Positions 61,301 to 64,000 of a DNA stretch of 64,000 nt are shown here, piece after piece (position 1 is the first letter of the stretch; every line of letters begins with the position of its first letter). The notes below the pieces were generated by a model. It was not told where the DNA came from and did no database searches. It saw nothing but the letters and a program-made list of their open reading frames with translations. Where the stretch lies: positions 4,632,852 to 4,696,851 of the forward strand of contig NC_057758.1 in NCBI RefSeq assembly GCF_004010195.1, read 5' to 3'. The DNA is from Chiloscyllium plagiosum (taxonomy: Eukaryota). The position numbers and the translations under genes are program-made.

Positions 61301-63634
61301 GTGACGTTGTGATAGTGTGTGGGGGAGCAAGCGTGATGGTGTGGAAGTGTGTTACAGAGTGAGCGTCACGATGTTCAAATGTGTGGTCGAGTGGGGTTGA
61401 CGGTGTGGGAGTGTGTTAGAGAGCGAGCGTGACGTTGTGGGAGTGTGTAGCAGAGTGAGCGTGACGGTGTGGATAAACGAGCGTGATGGTGTGGGAGTAC
61501 GTGGGAGAGAGAGTGTGATGGTTTTGGAGTGTGTGGAGAGTAAGTGTGAGAGTGTGGGAGTTTGTGGGTCGTGAGTGTGACTGTGGGATAGTGTGTGGGG
61601 GGTTGAGCATGACGGTGTGGAAGTGTGTAGGAGAGTGAACATCACGTTTTTCAAGTGTGTGGTGGAGTGAGGTTGACAGTGTGGGAGTGTGTATGAGAGG
61701 GAGAGTGACGTTGTAGGAGTGTATAGGAAAGTGAGCGTGACAGTGAGGGGCTGCACAGAAGAATGAGGTTGATGGTGTGTGTGAGTGTGAGAGTCACCGT
61801 GGGAGTGTGTTAGAAAGTGAGTGTGACGGTGTGGCAGTTTGTAGAAGAGTGAGCTTGAAGGTGTGGGAGAGTGCGGATGTGTGAGTGTAGTGATGTGGGA
61901 ATGTGTAGGAGAGTGAGCGTGTCGATGTGGAAATGTTTCAGAGAGTGAGTGTGACGGTGTGGGCATGTGCAGGAGAGTGATCGTCATGATGTTCAAGTGT
62001 GTGATAGAGAGATGTTGACAGTGTGGGAGTGTGTAAGAGAGTGAAAATGACGTTGTGGGAGTGTGCAGGAGAGTAAGTGTGACGGTGTGGGCGTGAGTGG
62101 TAGAGTGAACGTCATTTCATGGATGTACATGGGAGAGTGGGTATGATGGTTTGGGCGTGTGTGCGGGGTCAGTGTGTCAGTGTGGGAGTTTGAGGGTCAT
62201 GTGTGTGACGGTGGGTGTGAGTGGGGGGGAGTAACCGTGATGCTGTAGAAATGTGTTACAGAGTGAGCATCACGATGTTCAAATGTGCGGTGGAGTGAGG
62301 GTGATGTTGTAGAAGTGTGTAAGAGGGAGGGCGGGACGGTGTGCGAGTCTGTAGTCGGTGTTGGAGTCCGTTGGAGAGTGAGTGTGACCGTGAGTGTGGG
62401 AGTAAGAGAGTGAGTGTGACGTTGTGGAAGCATGTAGGAGAGTGGGTGTAATGGTTTGGGAGTGTGTAGGAGAGTGAGCATGATGGTGTGGGAGTATTTG
62501 GGAGAGTAAGCCTGACGGTGCGAGAGTGTGTGGGGAAGCGAACGTGAGCGTGGGGGAGTAGATAGGAGACTGAACGTGACAGTGTAACAGTCTGTGGGAC
62601 AGTGAGTGTGATGGTGCGGGAGCATATTAGAGAGAGAGCGTGACGGTGTTGTGTGGGAGAGTGAGTGTGACAGTTTGGGAGTGTGCAGCCGAGTGAATGT
62701 GACTACGTGGGTGTGTGCAGCAGAGTGAGCATGAAGGTGTGGGAGTGGGAATGGCTGTGAACGTGATGGTGTGGAGTGTGTAACAGAGTGAGAGTGATGA
62801 TGTGGGAGTATGTGTGAGAGTGTGCGTGACGGTTTAGGCGTGTGTGGGAGCGTGAGCATGATGGTTTGAAGTATGTGCGACGGTGGGATGGGGTGTAGGA
62901 GAGTGAGCGTGATGGATTAGGATTCTCTGGGAGAGTGAGTTTGATGGTTTGGGAGAGCGTAGGAGAGAGAACGTGAAGGTGTGGGAGAGTGAGCGTGGCG
63001 GTGTGGGAGTGTGTGGGAGAGTGAGCGTGATGGTGGGGAGTGTGTAGGAGAGTGAGCGTGATGGAGTGGGAGACTGTGGGAAAGGGGGTGTGATGGTGTG
63101 GGAGCGCGGAGGAAAGTGAGTGTGATGGTGTGGGCGTGTGCAGGAAAATGAGTGTGACGGTTTGGGAGATTGTGGGGAGTGAGTGCGACAGTGCGGGAGT
63201 GTGTGGGGGTAGTATGTGGGCGAATGAGCGTGACGGTGTGAGAGAGTGCAGGAGAGTGAGAGTGATAGTTTAGGAGTGTGTGGCAGAGTGAGCATGACGG
63301 TGTGGGAGTGTGTTGGGCGTGAGCGCGATGGTGTAGAGTGTGTAGGAGAGTGAGCGTGATGGTGAGGGAGTGTGTAGGAGAGTGAGCGTGACGGTGGAGT
63401 TGTGTGTAGGAGAGTGAGCGTGACGATGTAGGATTCTGTGGGAGCGTGAGTTTGCTGGTGTGGGAGAGCATAGGAGAGAGAGCGTGGTGGTGTGGGAGCA
63501 TGTGTAATAGTGAGCGTGACGGATTGGGCGTGTGTGGGAGCGTGAGCATGATGGTGTGGAAGTATGTGGGAGAGTGAGTGTGATGGTGCGGGAGTGTGTG
63601 GGGAGTGAGTGTGAGGGTGGGGAGTGTTTGAGGG

Positions 63635-63732
63635 NNNNNNNNNNNNNNNNNNNNNNNNNNNNNNNNNNNNNNNNNNNNNNNNNNNNNNNNNNNNNNNNNN
63701 NNNNNNNNNNNNNNNNNNNNNNNNNNNNNNNN
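63635..63732. other. Assembly gap (98 N)
   Basis: Run of N. Confidence 1.
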
Positions 63733-64000
63733 GGTGATGGTGTGGGAGTCTGTAAGAGAGTGAGAGCAACAGTGTAATAGTCTGTGGGACAGTTAGTGTG
63801 ATGATGTGGGAGCGCGTAGGAGAGACAGCGCGATCCTGTGGTTGAGTGTGGGGGAGTGAACGTGACTGTGGGGGAGTGTGTAGGGGAGTGAACGTGACGG
63901 TATAATAGTCTGTGGGACAGTGAGTGTGATGGTTTGGGAGCGCGTTGGAGAGAGAGCGTGACGGCGTCGGTGTGTGTGGGCGAGTGAGTGTGACGGTGTG

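Larger units (their letters stand above)
36191..64000 (+). repeat. Large diverged 32-bp satellite array (at least 27 kb, runs off the window)
   Basis: Consensus approx. GTGTAGGAGAGTGAGCGTGACGGTGTGGGAGT repeated throughout, with many substitutions and small indels. Confidence 0.97.

Noticed and set aside
34897..64000. Long His/Thr/Ser/Pro/Leu-rich ORFs (up to 641 aa) as histidine-rich or mucin-like genes
   Set aside because: The C/A-rich strand of the 32-bp consensus has no stop triplet in any frame, so overlapping ORFs appear in all three frames and switch strand where the array inverts.

Overview
Vertebrate genomic DNA, very probably from a cartilaginous fish (shark). This is inferred from the repeat repertoire: HE1-type tRNA SINEs with (TCTAA)n tails, CR1/HER1-like LINEs and Penelope-like GIY-YIG elements. 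No intact protein-coding gene is visible. Bases 1-34,396 are a patchwork of decayed retroelements (CR1 and L2-like LINEs, Penelope-like elements, two SINE families, a Gypsy/Gmr1-like LTR element with a SCAN-like gag, and a solo LTR with a CTAG target-site duplication). Three direct duplications overlay this patchwork: about 2.3 kb, 391 bp flanking a SINE, and 5.2 kb. The 5.2-kb unit carries a probable first coding exon of a GPR139-like GPCR with an in-frame TGA, so this exon is present twice; the ORF track misses it. Several Penelope termini keep minimal hammerhead-ribozyme cores. From 34,897 to the end lies an old, diverged 32-bp satellite with higher-order structure, a strand inversion at 36,190/36,191, one full-length SINE insertion and assembly gaps. 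The long His/Thr/Ser/Pro ORFs there are repeat artefacts. I cannot support a wholly new biological system. The best leads are the duplicated GPCR exon, the SINE with a 391-bp flanking duplication, the hammerhead motifs and the satellite fold-back. Family names come from my recognition of motifs, not from database searches, and the boundaries of old repeats are approximate.
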